Part shown: in pieces, positions 18,759 through 28,649 of the stretch
Layout: each line of letters begins with the position of its first letter
How positions within the stretch are numbered: position 1 is the first letter of the stretch
NCBI GenBank assembly: GCA_038887515.1
Contig: JAWAKK010000001.1
Coordinates: 320,001-384,000 of the forward strand
From: Candidatus Nezhaarchaeales archaeon
Lineage (GTDB): Archaea; Thermoproteota; Methanomethylicia; Nezhaarchaeales; WYZ-LMO8
Direction of reading: 5' to 3'
DNA length: 64,000 bases
Notes under the pieces: generated by a model
Database searches by the model: none
What the model saw: only the letters and a program-made list of their open reading frames with translations
Told to the model about the DNA's origin: nothing
Position numbers and translations under genes: made by a program

Positions 18759-18840
18759 GAGGTCCTGAAACTTCGAGTGGACGAAGGCTAGGGAAAACTT
18801 TAAAGATTCTTAGCTTCAAATTAGTGATGGTGCTAGAGTC

Positions 18841-19233
18841 TTGAAATGCATCAGGTGCGGCAAGTGTTGCTCAAGAGCTGAGATATTTCTATCAAGCGAG
18901 GATGTAGCAAAGATAGAAGCCTTAGGTTATGACAAGAAGGAGTTTGCAATAAGGTCAGGCCCCTACCTTAAGCTGAGGAAGATTGATGGATATTGTTATT
19001 TCTTCGACCCATACGAGAAGACGTGCGAAATCTACCCTTATAGACCTATGAGCTGTAAACTCTACCCTGTAATATACGTCCTCGGGAAAGGCCCCACGGT
19101 CGACGTTAACTGCCTCATGGCCTACACGGTATCTAAGGCCGAGCTTACGAGGAAAGGTAAGATGCTCGAACAGCACTTAAGCAAGATATTCAAGAGAGCT
19201 AAAAGAATATATTTGACTAGCCTGCAAAAGTAA
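18841..19233 (+). CDS. YkgJ-family cysteine-cluster protein
   Basis: CIRCGKCC...C.F.D....CEIY..RP.SCKLYP. Confidence 0.85.
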   Translation: MKCIRCGKCCSRAEIFLSSEDVAKIEALGYDKKEFAIRSGPYLKLRKIDGYCYFFDPYEKTCEIYPYRPMSCKLYPVIYVLGKGPTVDVNCLMAYTVSKAELTRKGKMLEQHLSKIFKRAKRIYLTSLQK

Positions 19234-19238
19234 TAGTA

Positions 19239-19847
19239 ATGTCGAACATTTTGAGCAAGGCTAAAGACTCGATTCGAGAGCTAGCGATAAGGCTCTTGAA
19301 AAAAGTAGAAGCCAAAGAAGAGGCCTCCCTTAAGGCTAGGGGAGCCATTAGGCTCTGCGGCGAGGCCATATCTCTTTCTCATAGGGGCCAAATTGACGAA
19401 GCTAAAATGAAGCTCAGGCAGGCTAGAGAAGTAATTAATGAACTTAGGCTTAAGCACCAAGACCTCGAACTTGAAGCCTTTAATACGTTGCTCCAAGAGT
19501 ACGTTGAAGCAGAGACCCTTATAAGCATAGTAGAGGGAAGGCCGCTGCCATCAGTGGATGAGTTGCAAGTGACTGACGAAGCTTACATCTTGGGTTTAGC
19601 AGATCTAATAGGTGAGCTTAGGAGGAGGATTCTTGAAGAGATGAGGAAGGAAAATACATCGGAGGCCGAGAGAGTTTATGAGATAATGAGGGAACTTTAT
19701 GAAATGCTGTGGCCTTTGGAATATCCCAGATCTCTTGTACCAGGTCTCAGACATAAGATAGACGTTATGAGAAGGGTAGTAGACGAAACTTTACACGACC
19801 TAACACTCATGAGAACTTTAGAGATGCGTACGCGCAGAACCAATTAA
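19239..19847 (+). CDS. Translin-family (archaeal Trax/C3PO-like) protein
   Basis: QEYVEA, YILGLADLIGELRR and LRHKIDV motifs. Confidence 0.85.
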   Translation: MSNILSKAKDSIRELAIRLLKKVEAKEEASLKARGAIRLCGEAISLSHRGQIDEAKMKLRQAREVINELRLKHQDLELEAFNTLLQEYVEAETLISIVEGRPLPSVDELQVTDEAYILGLADLIGELRRRILEEMRKENTSEAERVYEIMRELYEMLWPLEYPRSLVPGLRHKIDVMRRVVDETLHDLTLMRTLEMRTRRTN

Positions 19848-19857
19848 TATAGAGATG

Positions 19858-19885
19858 TTAGGTTTACCTAATTAGGTTACCCGAA
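19858..19885 (+). promoter_or_regulatory. Tandem DtxR-family-like operator boxes upstream of feoAB
   Basis: TTAGGTTTACCTAA (palindrome, 19858-19871) directly followed by TTAGGTTACCCGAA (19872-19885), just upstream of a TTTATA TATA-like box. Confidence 0.7.
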
Positions 19886-19958
19886 AAATTTATAGACTTT
19901 AAGCCCTGAATAGCTTTCCCTATTGAAGGGTCTACGGCTTATTGGGAGGTAGAAACTA

Positions 19959-20582
19959 TTGAGCGAAAGTAACGGCGTACTGCCCTGTGCCTTGGAAGTA
20001 ATTATGACACTTAGGAAAAAGGAGCTCTATCCCGATGATACCCTGGTAGCTAGGGAACTCGGCTTACCTTTACCTGAAGCCAGGCGATTGATGGAAGAAG
20101 CAATAAGACAAGGCTTAATAATTAAAAGGGATGGATATTACGAATTGACTGATGAAGGATTAAAGAGAGTCATAAGACATAGGGAGCTATTCGTCCACGA
20201 TCACTTCGTTCACAAGGATGACAGGTGGAGTAGCGCCGTGGTAAATTGGAGTAAGCACTGGAGGTGGAAGCACGGCTTGACGAGGGGCCTTCTAGATGAC
20301 TTCTATAGAACGCTAGCGGATCTTGAAGGAAGGGTTGAAGAGTTAAAGCCTCTGAGCGCTATGAAACCTGGAGAGGAGGGTGTAGTAGTGTCGATAGCGT
20401 GCGGTCTTGGTGCTGCGAAGAGACTTGCTGAAATGGGCCTTACTCCTGGAACAAGGGTCCTTGTAACGAGGAGAGCCCCCTTAAGGGGACCTATAGAAGT
20501 CGAGGTTAGAGGTACGAGGATAGCTTTAGGTTATGGGTTGGCTTCAAAAATAGCCGTTAAAAGCATTAGTGAGACCTTATGA
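19959..20582 (+). CDS. feoA: FeoA-domain protein with an N-terminal DtxR-like wHTH and a His-rich linker
   Basis: C-terminal RLAEMGLTPGTRV...APLRGPIEVEVRGTRIALG; N-terminal VARELGL...YELTDEG; HRELFVHDHFVH. Confidence 0.75.
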   Translation: MSESNGVLPCALEVIMTLRKKELYPDDTLVARELGLPLPEARRLMEEAIRQGLIIKRDGYYELTDEGLKRVIRHRELFVHDHFVHKDDRWSSAVVNWSKHWRWKHGLTRGLLDDFYRTLADLEGRVEELKPLSAMKPGEEGVVVSIACGLGAAKRLAEMGLTPGTRVLVTRRAPLRGPIEVEVRGTRIALGYGLASKIAVKSISETL

Positions 20583-22540
20583 AGCGGAGCTTTACAATAG
20601 CTTTGGCCGGTAACGCGAACGTTGGAAAGAGCTGCATATTCAATAGGTTGACTGGACTAAGCCAGACGATAGGCAACTGGCCCGGCAAGACTGTAGAGAA
20701 GGCTGAAGGGACCCTCTACTTTAAGGGCCTAAAAATTAAAGTAATAGATCTACCGGGAACCTACTCTCTTTCAGCCTACTCTATAGAAGAGGTTATAGTG
20801 AGGGACTACTTACTATCCCGCGAAGCCAATGTAGTAATAAATGTATTGGATGCTACAGCTCTCGAACGGAACCTTTACTTAACGCTCCAACTCATGGAGC
20901 TACGAATACCATTGGTGCTAGCCCTAAATCAAATCGATATGGCCGAGAAGAGGGGCATAGTCGTAGACCATGAAAAACTTTCTAGAATCCTCGGAGTCAA
21001 AGTCGTGCCTACAGTAGCCATAACAGGGGAGGGTCTAAATAATCTTCTTGAAGCAGCCATCGACGTCGCTGAAAAAGGTCATCAAGAAGTAGCACCACCA
21101 TTAACCTACGGTAAAGAGGTTGAAAAGAGAATTGAGCAACTAGAAAATGAAGTTAGAAAGCTGAATCTCTGCGAAAAGTATCCTCCTCGATGGCTCAGCA
21201 TAAAACTCCTCGAAAGAGATCCACTTGTTGTGGAGCTCGTATCTAAGAGTGAAGGAGGGGCTGAAGTAATCAAGTTAGCTGATAGCTTGGCAAATGAGCT
21301 AGAGGAAATACATGGAGAACCTTCGCCGATCGTTATAGCCTCCGAGAGGTATGCTAAGGTAACCGAGATAGTATCCAAGGTTCAGAGGATAGTTGCCCCT
21401 TCAAGAGTTAAGTGGGAAAGAACGCTTGACTACATTACTACGCACCCGGTGCTAGGCTATGTAATGCTAGGTCTCACGGTAGCAGGGATGTTGAGCTTAG
21501 TCTTTTACTCTGGTAATCTACTATCAGGGGTTATAGAGAGTTACATAGGCGAGCAATTGAAAGAAATGACCGAGACCTTCCTATCGAATGTTTTACCAGC
21601 TGAGCTTGTAGATATTGTAACAAAAGGTTTAGTTTCAGGCTTAGTGGCAGGGCTCGTAATAGTCCTGCCCTACGTTGTACCATTCCACATAGTACTGTCA
21701 ATTTTAGAGGATTCTGGGTACCTTCCCCGAGCGGCTTATTTGACCGATAACTTTATGCATAAAATGGGCCTTCACGGCAAGGCCCTCCTACCGATATTGC
21801 TAGGGTTCGGATGTAACGTCCCAGCCTGCTTAGGGTGCAGGATCCTTGAAACAGATAGAGAAAGATGCTTGTGCGGGCTAGCAGTATCATTTGTTCCCTG
21901 TACTGCTAGGACCATAGTTATATTAGGAATCGTTGGGAGATATCTAGGAATAATCCCGGCTTTTTCAATATACCTGATCGCGATTGTAGCCATGTTTTTA
22001 GTGACGAGACTAGCCTACAAGGTAATGCCGGGTGAACCCATGGACCTAATCATGGAAATACCTTCGTACAGGAGACCCAGCATAAGGATAGTATTGACTA
22101 AAACTTGGAGCAAGACTAAGAGCTTCATAATCGTAGCGCTTCCAATAATAATAGCTGGGAGCTTCGTCTTAGAGTCATTGAATTTTATGAAACTAACAGA
22201 CCTCATAATTTCGGTTATGAGACCACTAACAACGGGGTTACTAGGTCTACCTGCAGAGGCTGCAATCCCTTTAATCTTCGGCTTCATGCGGAAAGAATTG
22301 TCCGTAGTCATGCTCGCAGAGGTCCTGAAAACATATGACTTCCCGCTAGTTATGAGCTTCAGCCAACTTTACGTATTCGCCCTGGTAGTTGCAATTTACA
22401 TCCCATGCATTGCAACCTTAGCAACGCTGGTGAGAGAGTTTGGATGGAAGAGAGCCTTATTGATATCCGTTACGACGATAGTTGTAGCAACACTTATTGG
22501 AGCTTTAGCAAACATTACTTTAAGGGCGTTCGGTCTCTAA
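20579..22540 (+). CDS. feoB: Ferrous iron transporter B
   Basis: GNANVGKS, GNWPGKTVE, DLPGTYS, NQID, LEDSGYLPR and GFGCNVPA motifs. Confidence 0.95.
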   Translation: MKRSFTIALAGNANVGKSCIFNRLTGLSQTIGNWPGKTVEKAEGTLYFKGLKIKVIDLPGTYSLSAYSIEEVIVRDYLLSREANVVINVLDATALERNLYLTLQLMELRIPLVLALNQIDMAEKRGIVVDHEKLSRILGVKVVPTVAITGEGLNNLLEAAIDVAEKGHQEVAPPLTYGKEVEKRIEQLENEVRKLNLCEKYPPRWLSIKLLERDPLVVELVSKSEGGAEVIKLADSLANELEEIHGEPSPIVIASERYAKVTEIVSKVQRIVAPSRVKWERTLDYITTHPVLGYVMLGLTVAGMLSLVFYSGNLLSGVIESYIGEQLKEMTETFLSNVLPAELVDIVTKGLVSGLVAGLVIVLPYVVPFHIVLSILEDSGYLPRAAYLTDNFMHKMGLHGKALLPILLGFGCNVPACLGCRILETDRERCLCGLAVSFVPCTARTIVILGIVGRYLGIIPAFSIYLIAIVAMFLVTRLAYKVMPGEPMDLIMEIPSYRRPSIRIVLTKTWSKTKSFIIVALPIIIAGSFVLESLNFMKLTDLIISVMRPLTTGLLGLPAEAAIPLIFGFMRKELSVVMLAEVLKTYDFPLVMSFSQLYVFALVVAIYIPCIATLATLVREFGWKRALLISVTTIVVATLIGALANITLRAFGL

Positions 22541-22555
22541 GGCGGCGACCCATAG

Positions 22556-23557
22556 ATGAGGTACTTACTGAAGCTTTCTAAATCATATTTATTTTATAAG
22601 CTTAGAAGACCTAGGCCGAGCTACGTGGTCTATTGCTGTACTGCTAGGTGCAATTTAAAGTGCGTTTTCTGCGAATGGTGGAAGAGGAAGGTACCAGAGC
22701 TCGACACTAAAACGGCATTAAAATTAATAGATGATATATGCAGCTTTGGGGTTTCGGTCATAGATTTTTCTGGTGGAGAACCTTTACTTAGAAAAGACGT
22801 TGAAGTGCTAGCTCTCCGAGCTAAGGAGTACGGCGCCTACACTATTTTGAGTACTAACGGCACTTTAATAGACGAGGAGAGGGCTAAGAGGTTATCAAAA
22901 GCCTTTGATATAATCAATGTCTCTATAGATGGCTTTGAAGGAACTCATGATTCTACTAGAGGAGTAAGTGGGACCTTTAAACGAACTTTAAAGTCCCTTG
23001 AGACGTTAAGGAGCTTTGGCGCTAAGGTTGGAATAGACCTTACTATATATAGAGGCAATGTTGGCGAGATATTGGAACTGTTCAAGTGGTTAATGGGAAA
23101 AATAGATTTCGTCTCCTTCCAGCCAGTTATGCCCTACCCTCCATGCGAGGATTTGAGACCAAACATCAATGAAGTAGATTATTTAGTTAAAGGCTTGCTT
23201 GAACTTAAAAGGCAGGCCCCATCTTATGTGGCTCCTCCAAATTGGTACATTAAGATGTTGAGAGATTACTTTAGCTATAGAATGCCGCGCATTTGCGATG
23301 CTGGATCGCTGTACTTCATGCTCGATCCAGACGGCGTAGCCTATGCTTGTAACCAAGTCAAGAGTAGCGTGATGGGCAAAATACCTAGCCAGGGCATTAG
23401 AGACTTGTGGTCTTCTCAGCAGAGACTTAATGCGATAAAGAGTACTGGACAGTGCAAAGGTTGCTTGTCCCAGTGTACAACTGCCATATCAATTGCGTAT
23501 AGAGGGGTCTTTTCGCTGGAGGATTTGAGGGGTCTACTTAGCCTAGCCTTTAAGTAA
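22556..23557 (+). CDS. Radical SAM protein with SPASM/twitch domain
   Basis: CNLKCVFC, FSGGEPLLR, CDAG...PDG..YAC and CKGC..QC motifs. Confidence 0.85.
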   Translation: MRYLLKLSKSYLFYKLRRPRPSYVVYCCTARCNLKCVFCEWWKRKVPELDTKTALKLIDDICSFGVSVIDFSGGEPLLRKDVEVLALRAKEYGAYTILSTNGTLIDEERAKRLSKAFDIINVSIDGFEGTHDSTRGVSGTFKRTLKSLETLRSFGAKVGIDLTIYRGNVGEILELFKWLMGKIDFVSFQPVMPYPPCEDLRPNINEVDYLVKGLLELKRQAPSYVAPPNWYIKMLRDYFSYRMPRICDAGSLYFMLDPDGVAYACNQVKSSVMGKIPSQGIRDLWSSQQRLNAIKSTGQCKGCLSQCTTAISIAYRGVFSLEDLRGLLSLAFK

Positions 23558-23562
23558 CTTTT

Positions 23563-25497
23563 TCATACACTTCTTCTAGACTTTTGACCTTTCCTAGGGC
23601 TTCTCCTCTTACGTTTAGAGCGTCTTCCAGCCTCTAAGATGCTTTTAAGTGAGACCTCGGCGACGCTCCGTGCAACCTCGTCAACTTTTTCTTCAAGCTT
23701 TATGTATTGATTGAAAAAGTAATCCTTAGCCTTCGATATCACGGACTCCATGCTCTCTTCGCCTTGCGCTACCTTCACTAGTTGCTTCTCCATCATACCC
23801 CTAACCTCCGGCTTAACAAGCTCAGGCACATGTTTTTCTAATTGCATTATGAGTCTTTTGCCAAGCTCAGTAGGTATGCATCTCCTGGACTCTATGTACA
23901 TGTAGCCTCGATCGATGTTCGTTTGAATGTGATCCTGCATTGTCGCATCGGTTCCAATTCCCCACTTCTCCATGAGTTTCAGCAGTTCACTCTCAGAGAG
24001 ATAAGGTGGCGGCTCTGTTTGTCCCTCCCTCACTTCGACTCCTAGCACCTGTAAGTTATCACCTACTTTGATTGGTATATGCGGTACTTCCCTGGGCTTA
24101 TCATAACTATATATTTCAAGAAAACCTTTATCGACTATCTCGAGGGTTGCGTACGTAAACTTCTCTCCTCCAACATCGAACACGTACCTTTTACCTTCAA
24201 GTTGAGCATGCTGACTAAAGGTAGCTATGAAGTGTCTTACTATTAATTCGTATAATCTCCACCCATCTCTTCCAAGCTCCCTTTCTACTTCGTCTTGAGT
24301 AGCAGCTTTAATGGGATGTATAGGTGGATGTGCCTTATCGTCTTTTAAGCCCGAAGTCGGCTTAACGCCTAAAGCCACTATTCTCCTAACATAACTTCCA
24401 AAATCCGGGTGAGTTACAAATGCCTTCAACTTCTCGTATGCCGATTGAGGGTATATTTGTGTTTCAGTCCTCGGGTAGCTTATAAAGCCTCTTCGATAGA
24501 GCTCTTCAGCTATTTCCAAGGTCCTCTTAGCTCTAATATTGAGGTGCTTGCTCGCCAAGCTTTCAAGCTCGATAGTATCAAGAGGCTTGGGGGGCTCCCT
24601 CTTTGTCCTCGACACCTTGATTTCTTCAACTTTAGCTAATAGAGTCCTCTCAGCCCTAGCTCTCACTTGTTCTGCCTCCAACCTACTATCGAATCTACCT
24701 TTAACGTGCTCTACCTCTATGACGTTTCCATCGACCCTTAGCTTAGCTAAGACCTTGTAAAACTTTTGACTCTGAAAGCTCTCCCTCTCGAGAGCCCTCT
24801 TGACGACGAAGTACAGCGTCGGACTTTGGCAAGGACCATAACTTATTACGTGACCCCTAGGCAACGCTGAAGGCTTTACCTCCCTAACTTTTAAAGTCAA
24901 TAGCCTCGTAAACGAGGCACCCACCGTTAAGTCTATTATCGATCTAGCAAAGCATTTATCTGCTAAGTTCTTGTTTGGAGCCTTCAGATAATTGAAAGCA
25001 TTTATCAGCTCTTCTTTATCTAAGCTCGAAAACCAGGCTCTTTTAAATTCTACAAATGGATTTACTTCCTTAATGATATCGATAACCTCAAAAGCTATCC
25101 CCTCGCCCTCCACATCGGCGTCTAGAGCCAATATAACTTCTTCACTCCTTTTGCCGAGCTCTTTTAAGGCCTCCACGTACTTCAAGCTCTCCTTACGAAT
25201 AACTCTGATGGGGCAAGCTTTGAAAAGCTCCTTCGGATTGATGGCCATCCAATTATTGAGCTTAGAGTCGAAGTCGAAGTCCATTATGTGACCTTTAAGG
25301 CCTATGACCACCCATGACCTTCCATTCTTATGGAAGCCATAGCAGGTCACTCCATTAACGTTAAAGGTTCTATAGCCCCCTTCACTTAACGTCAAGGCTA
25401 CAGCCTTCGCTACCGAGTCCTTCTCACATACCACGAGTACGTCAACTTCAACTTCTCGAACTCTATAGTTAACAGGTATTTTGAATGATGAGCGCAT
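23563..25497 (-). CDS. topA: DNA topoisomerase type IA
   Basis: TOPRIM CEK, GHI, DADVEGE; active site GFISYPRTET; GIGTDAT; basic tail and no C-terminal zinc ribbons. Confidence 0.93.
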   Translation of the reverse strand: MRSSFKIPVNYRVREVEVDVLVVCEKDSVAKAVALTLSEGGYRTFNVNGVTCYGFHKNGRSWVVIGLKGHIMDFDFDSKLNNWMAINPKELFKACPIRVIRKESLKYVEALKELGKRSEEVILALDADVEGEGIAFEVIDIIKEVNPFVEFKRAWFSSLDKEELINAFNYLKAPNKNLADKCFARSIIDLTVGASFTRLLTLKVREVKPSALPRGHVISYGPCQSPTLYFVVKRALERESFQSQKFYKVLAKLRVDGNVIEVEHVKGRFDSRLEAEQVRARAERTLLAKVEEIKVSRTKREPPKPLDTIELESLASKHLNIRAKRTLEIAEELYRRGFISYPRTETQIYPQSAYEKLKAFVTHPDFGSYVRRIVALGVKPTSGLKDDKAHPPIHPIKAATQDEVERELGRDGWRLYELIVRHFIATFSQHAQLEGKRYVFDVGGEKFTYATLEIVDKGFLEIYSYDKPREVPHIPIKVGDNLQVLGVEVREGQTEPPPYLSESELLKLMEKWGIGTDATMQDHIQTNIDRGYMYIESRRCIPTELGKRLIMQLEKHVPELVKPEVRGMMEKQLVKVAQGEESMESVISKAKDYFFNQYIKLEEKVDEVARSVAEVSLKSILEAGRRSKRKRRSPRKGQKSRRSV

Positions 25498-25547
25498 GTT
25501 TTTAAGGCGCCTCCTAAACTTCTTCTGTCCTCGGAGGTGGTAGATCC

Positions 25548-25814
25548 ATGATTGTCGGTAAAGTCCTAAACTTTAGGTTGGGGATGAATAGGAGGTATCC
25601 GAAGGAACTTCTCGTAAAGCTTGGAGAAAGCAAAGCTGACGTAGCAAGGCTCGTGGGGAAAAAGGTACTGATAAAGGATTTACATGGCAACCAGTACATA
25701 GGTAAAGTAGTGAAGCCCCATGGAAATAGAGGCGTCGGCATAGTAAGATTCAGGAGAGACTTACCTGGAGAGGTCATAGGTTGCGAGGCTACGGTTCTCG
25801 CTTCTCAAGCTTGA
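25548..25814 (+). CDS. rpl35ae: 50S ribosomal protein L35Ae
   Basis: LVGKKV...GKVVKPHGNRGV..VRF...LPG motif; 88 aa, basic. Confidence 0.85.
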   Translation: MIVGKVLNFRLGMNRRYPKELLVKLGESKADVARLVGKKVLIKDLHGNQYIGKVVKPHGNRGVGIVRFRRDLPGEVIGCEATVLASQA

Positions 25815-26605
25815 GCACTAATAAACTTAGCTAACTCTCTAACCGTTACGAAGCCGGCTAAAGCTTTCTCGGAGTCTATGAGGGGTGCGCCTTTGACCGG
25901 ATTGTCAATAATAAGTTTAGCGACTTCGCCGAGAGATGAATCATAACTTGCCTTCACGTGCCTCGAGCCTACATCGGCTACAACTAAGCTCTTTATCCTA
26001 GCCTTCTGCCTCTCCATGGACTCTACGAGCACTAGGTTCACGTAAGCATCGACTATCTGGTCGTCGTTCACCACGCCTATGACGATCCCCTCATTGGTAG
26101 ACGCTAAGCTTCTAAGCCCCGATTCAATCATTAATCTCCTGGCGTGAACCACTCTATCAGAGAATGCTATGGTCGGCACACTCTTTAGTGATATGTTTGA
26201 AGCAGGAACCTCTTCGTCGAGCAGGGCTTTAGCCAAGTCCCTAGGTTCAATAATGCCTACAACCTTCCCGTCCTCTAAAACAGGGATTATGTGAAAAGGA
26301 TCCTCAGCCACAATCCTTGCAGCTTCTACAATGCTAGATCTTAAAGTCAGAGTCTTCCTGACGGGCTCCATCACGCTTGAAGCATATATACTTGAGATGT
26401 CTGCACTCCTGACCCTTACATTCCCAAGCCTAGTCATCAAATCCCAGTAAGTCGCTAACCCCACGAGCTTACCGCCTTCGACGACTACAAAGCCATCAGC
26501 TTCGATCCTTTCCATCAATCTTAAAACATACGTTATCGGTTTATCCGTATCCGTCACTACAAAGCTCCTACGCATAACCTCTTCGACGAGCATATTCCGG
26601 TCCAT
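25805..26605 (-). CDS. CBS-domain protein (four CBS repeats)
   Basis: Repeated V..VM...P/VV..GK.VG patterns. Confidence 0.8.
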   Translation of the reverse strand: MDRNMLVEEVMRRSFVVTDTDKPITYVLRLMERIEADGFVVVEGGKLVGLATYWDLMTRLGNVRVRSADISSIYASSVMEPVRKTLTLRSSIVEAARIVAEDPFHIIPVLEDGKVVGIIEPRDLAKALLDEEVPASNISLKSVPTIAFSDRVVHARRLMIESGLRSLASTNEGIVIGVVNDDQIVDAYVNLVLVESMERQKARIKSLVVADVGSRHVKASYDSSLGEVAKLIIDNPVKGAPLIDSEKALAGFVTVRELAKFISAQA

Positions 26606-26820
26606 TGCAAAGCCCCTCGAAAATTTCTGATATCAGGAGGGTTACCTAACAACAGTACAGCGTGTTAATAAGTTGAACGCTTCATTAGACCGGCCAGTAA
26701 AGGTATAGCTAAGAATTAACATATGTAAATCGTTTAGCACGCTATTCGTGGGCATAGTTTTAAGTGTAAGTCTATAGAATGGACTTTCACTAGGCAGCGA
26801 AGAACAACGCAATACGGAGT

Positions 26821-27459
26821 TTAGCGAACGCATGGACACGATCTACCGAGTCTCTTGGCCTGAGAAGTCCAAATAACCCTTCTAGGCGTTAATATTAGGT
26901 CAACCGGGATGTCCCAGGAGTCTCTTGGTATGCGTTCAACCACTTGAAGGTCGTGAACGGTCGTAACCCTCAAGGTCTTCTCTCCTATAGACCCAGCATC
27001 GCTCCACAACTTGAATTCGAGGTCCGAGTACCCGGTTCCCTTTCCAAGTCTATAACCCTCAACGTCAACCGCAACGGAGCCGGCAACAAAGACGCCAACT
27101 TCATAGTCTCCAGGTTTAACGGGCCTCCCAGCCTCCATGAACCCCCTTATAGTCGACGCATAAACTGGGTCCTTAGGATGATCCAGCGCTAAAAAGCCCT
27201 TCGAGATCCTCGGAGAGGCGACTATTAGGATCTTTCCATCCCTTAGAACCATCTCTCTGAGAGGTCTCTGCGGAGAGTCTGGGTTACACAACACAACGTC
27301 GGCCTTCAAATATTCGTCAACCGATCTAAGCTTAAGAGCAGCCTCGTGTGCACCTTTAAAGTTCGGAATTCTACCATAAATTGGGAATGGAGGAAGTGCA
27401 ACCCCTTCATCAATCAGCCTTCTCCAAATCGCCATTCTGATATCATCCTTAGACAGCAA
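26821..27459 (-). CDS. 5-formyltetrahydrofolate cyclo-ligase family protein
   Basis: GRIPNFKGA, NPDSPQ, GSVAVD..G.RLGKG.GY.D and WDIPVDLI.TP motifs. Confidence 0.88.
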   Translation of the reverse strand: MLSKDDIRMAIWRRLIDEGVALPPFPIYGRIPNFKGAHEAALKLRSVDEYLKADVVLCNPDSPQRPLREMVLRDGKILIVASPRISKGFLALDHPKDPVYASTIRGFMEAGRPVKPGDYEVGVFVAGSVAVDVEGYRLGKGTGYSDLEFKLWSDAGSIGEKTLRVTTVHDLQVVERIPRDSWDIPVDLILTPRRVIWTSQAKRLGRSCPCVR

Positions 27460-27770
27460 AATTCCACCACAATAGAGATTACACGATAAAGAAAGCTAAA
27501 GGCTTTAATGATCTGAGAAGCCTAGAACTCTCAACACCCTACCGAATTCGATAGGCTGCTCATTGCTACATGCCTGAATTGATAACATTATTATTAATGT
27601 TATTAAGATTATTATATCAGCATCAATGTATCAATGTTGCACGGGACCTCGCCAGTCATTCCAAGGTCACAGAAAGATTTGCAGACCTTATCGAGCCTTC
27701 AACGATGTGGTTTATTACGTTTAATGTTTAAATCGTCCTTAAATCCCTTATTTATATTGGGTGCTAGGCA

Positions 27771-28070
27771 ATGGTTATGTGGATGCCACAAATATTTGTC
27801 GTTAAGAGAGATGGTAGCAGAGAACCGTATATATACGAGAAAATAGTCGTATCATGCTTAAAGGCCGGTGCTACACTAGAGTCAGCTCGTAAAATTGCCT
27901 CTCTTGTCACGGCTAAGCTCATAGCTGCAGATAAAAGTGAAGTTAGTGCCAAGGACCTCACAAAGATTGTTCTTGAACTTCTCAGAAAAGAAAACGAAGA
28001 GTGGTATCGAAACTGGATAGTATTCGATAGAGCAGTTAAAAAGAGAAGGACTGAGGAGGAACTTCCTTAA
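27771..28070 (+). CDS. Stand-alone ATP-cone domain protein
   Basis: VVKRDGSREPY..EKI..S..KAG; no catalytic domain. Confidence 0.8.
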   Translation: MVMWMPQIFVVKRDGSREPYIYEKIVVSCLKAGATLESARKIASLVTAKLIAADKSEVSAKDLTKIVLELLRKENEEWYRNWIVFDRAVKKRRTEEELP

Positions 28071-28249
28071 TCTAAACACTTTTTATACCTTTATCAAACC
28101 AAGAATACTCTTACCTTTAATTTAAGCGAATTTACGCTACATGAAAGCTAGAGCGGCAAAATTCCACAGAACTTTACTAGAACTTCGACTAAACACTTTT
28201 TCAAGACTTAGTTAACTATTAATAGCAAAAACGTCAGTACTTACGCCGA

Positions 28250-28648
28250 ATGCACATGAGCTCGGGAGCGTTAAACTTAAACGTAGGCTTAAAATTCTCA
28301 AAGAAGTATAATACATCAAGCATAAATTCAGCGAAATACATGGGCTCGGGAAACGTCGACGTCCTAGCGACGCCGGCAATGATAGCCTTCATGGAGAACG
28401 TCTGTCTAACAGCTGTTGAAGATAAGCTGCCAGAAGGATTTACAAGCGTTGGAACGACAGTCAACGTCACACATATAGCTGCAGCCCCCATAGGCGCTGA
28501 AATAGAGGTAAAAGCCATTCTATTAAGTATTGATGGTAAAAGGTTAACATTCTGGGTTGAAGCTTGGTGGGGCAACAGGAAAATAGGACAAGGAATCCAC
28601 GAAAGAGTCGTGGTCAACATAGCTGAGTTCCTAAGCAGGCTAAAGTGA
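28250..28648 (+). CDS. FlK-type hotdog-fold thioesterase
   Basis: VLATPAMIAFME, TSVGT.V.V.H.A..P and G.HER motifs. Confidence 0.88.
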   Translation: MHMSSGALNLNVGLKFSKKYNTSSINSAKYMGSGNVDVLATPAMIAFMENVCLTAVEDKLPEGFTSVGTTVNVTHIAAAPIGAEIEVKAILLSIDGKRLTFWVEAWWGNRKIGQGIHERVVVNIAEFLSRLK

Positions 28649-28649
28649 A

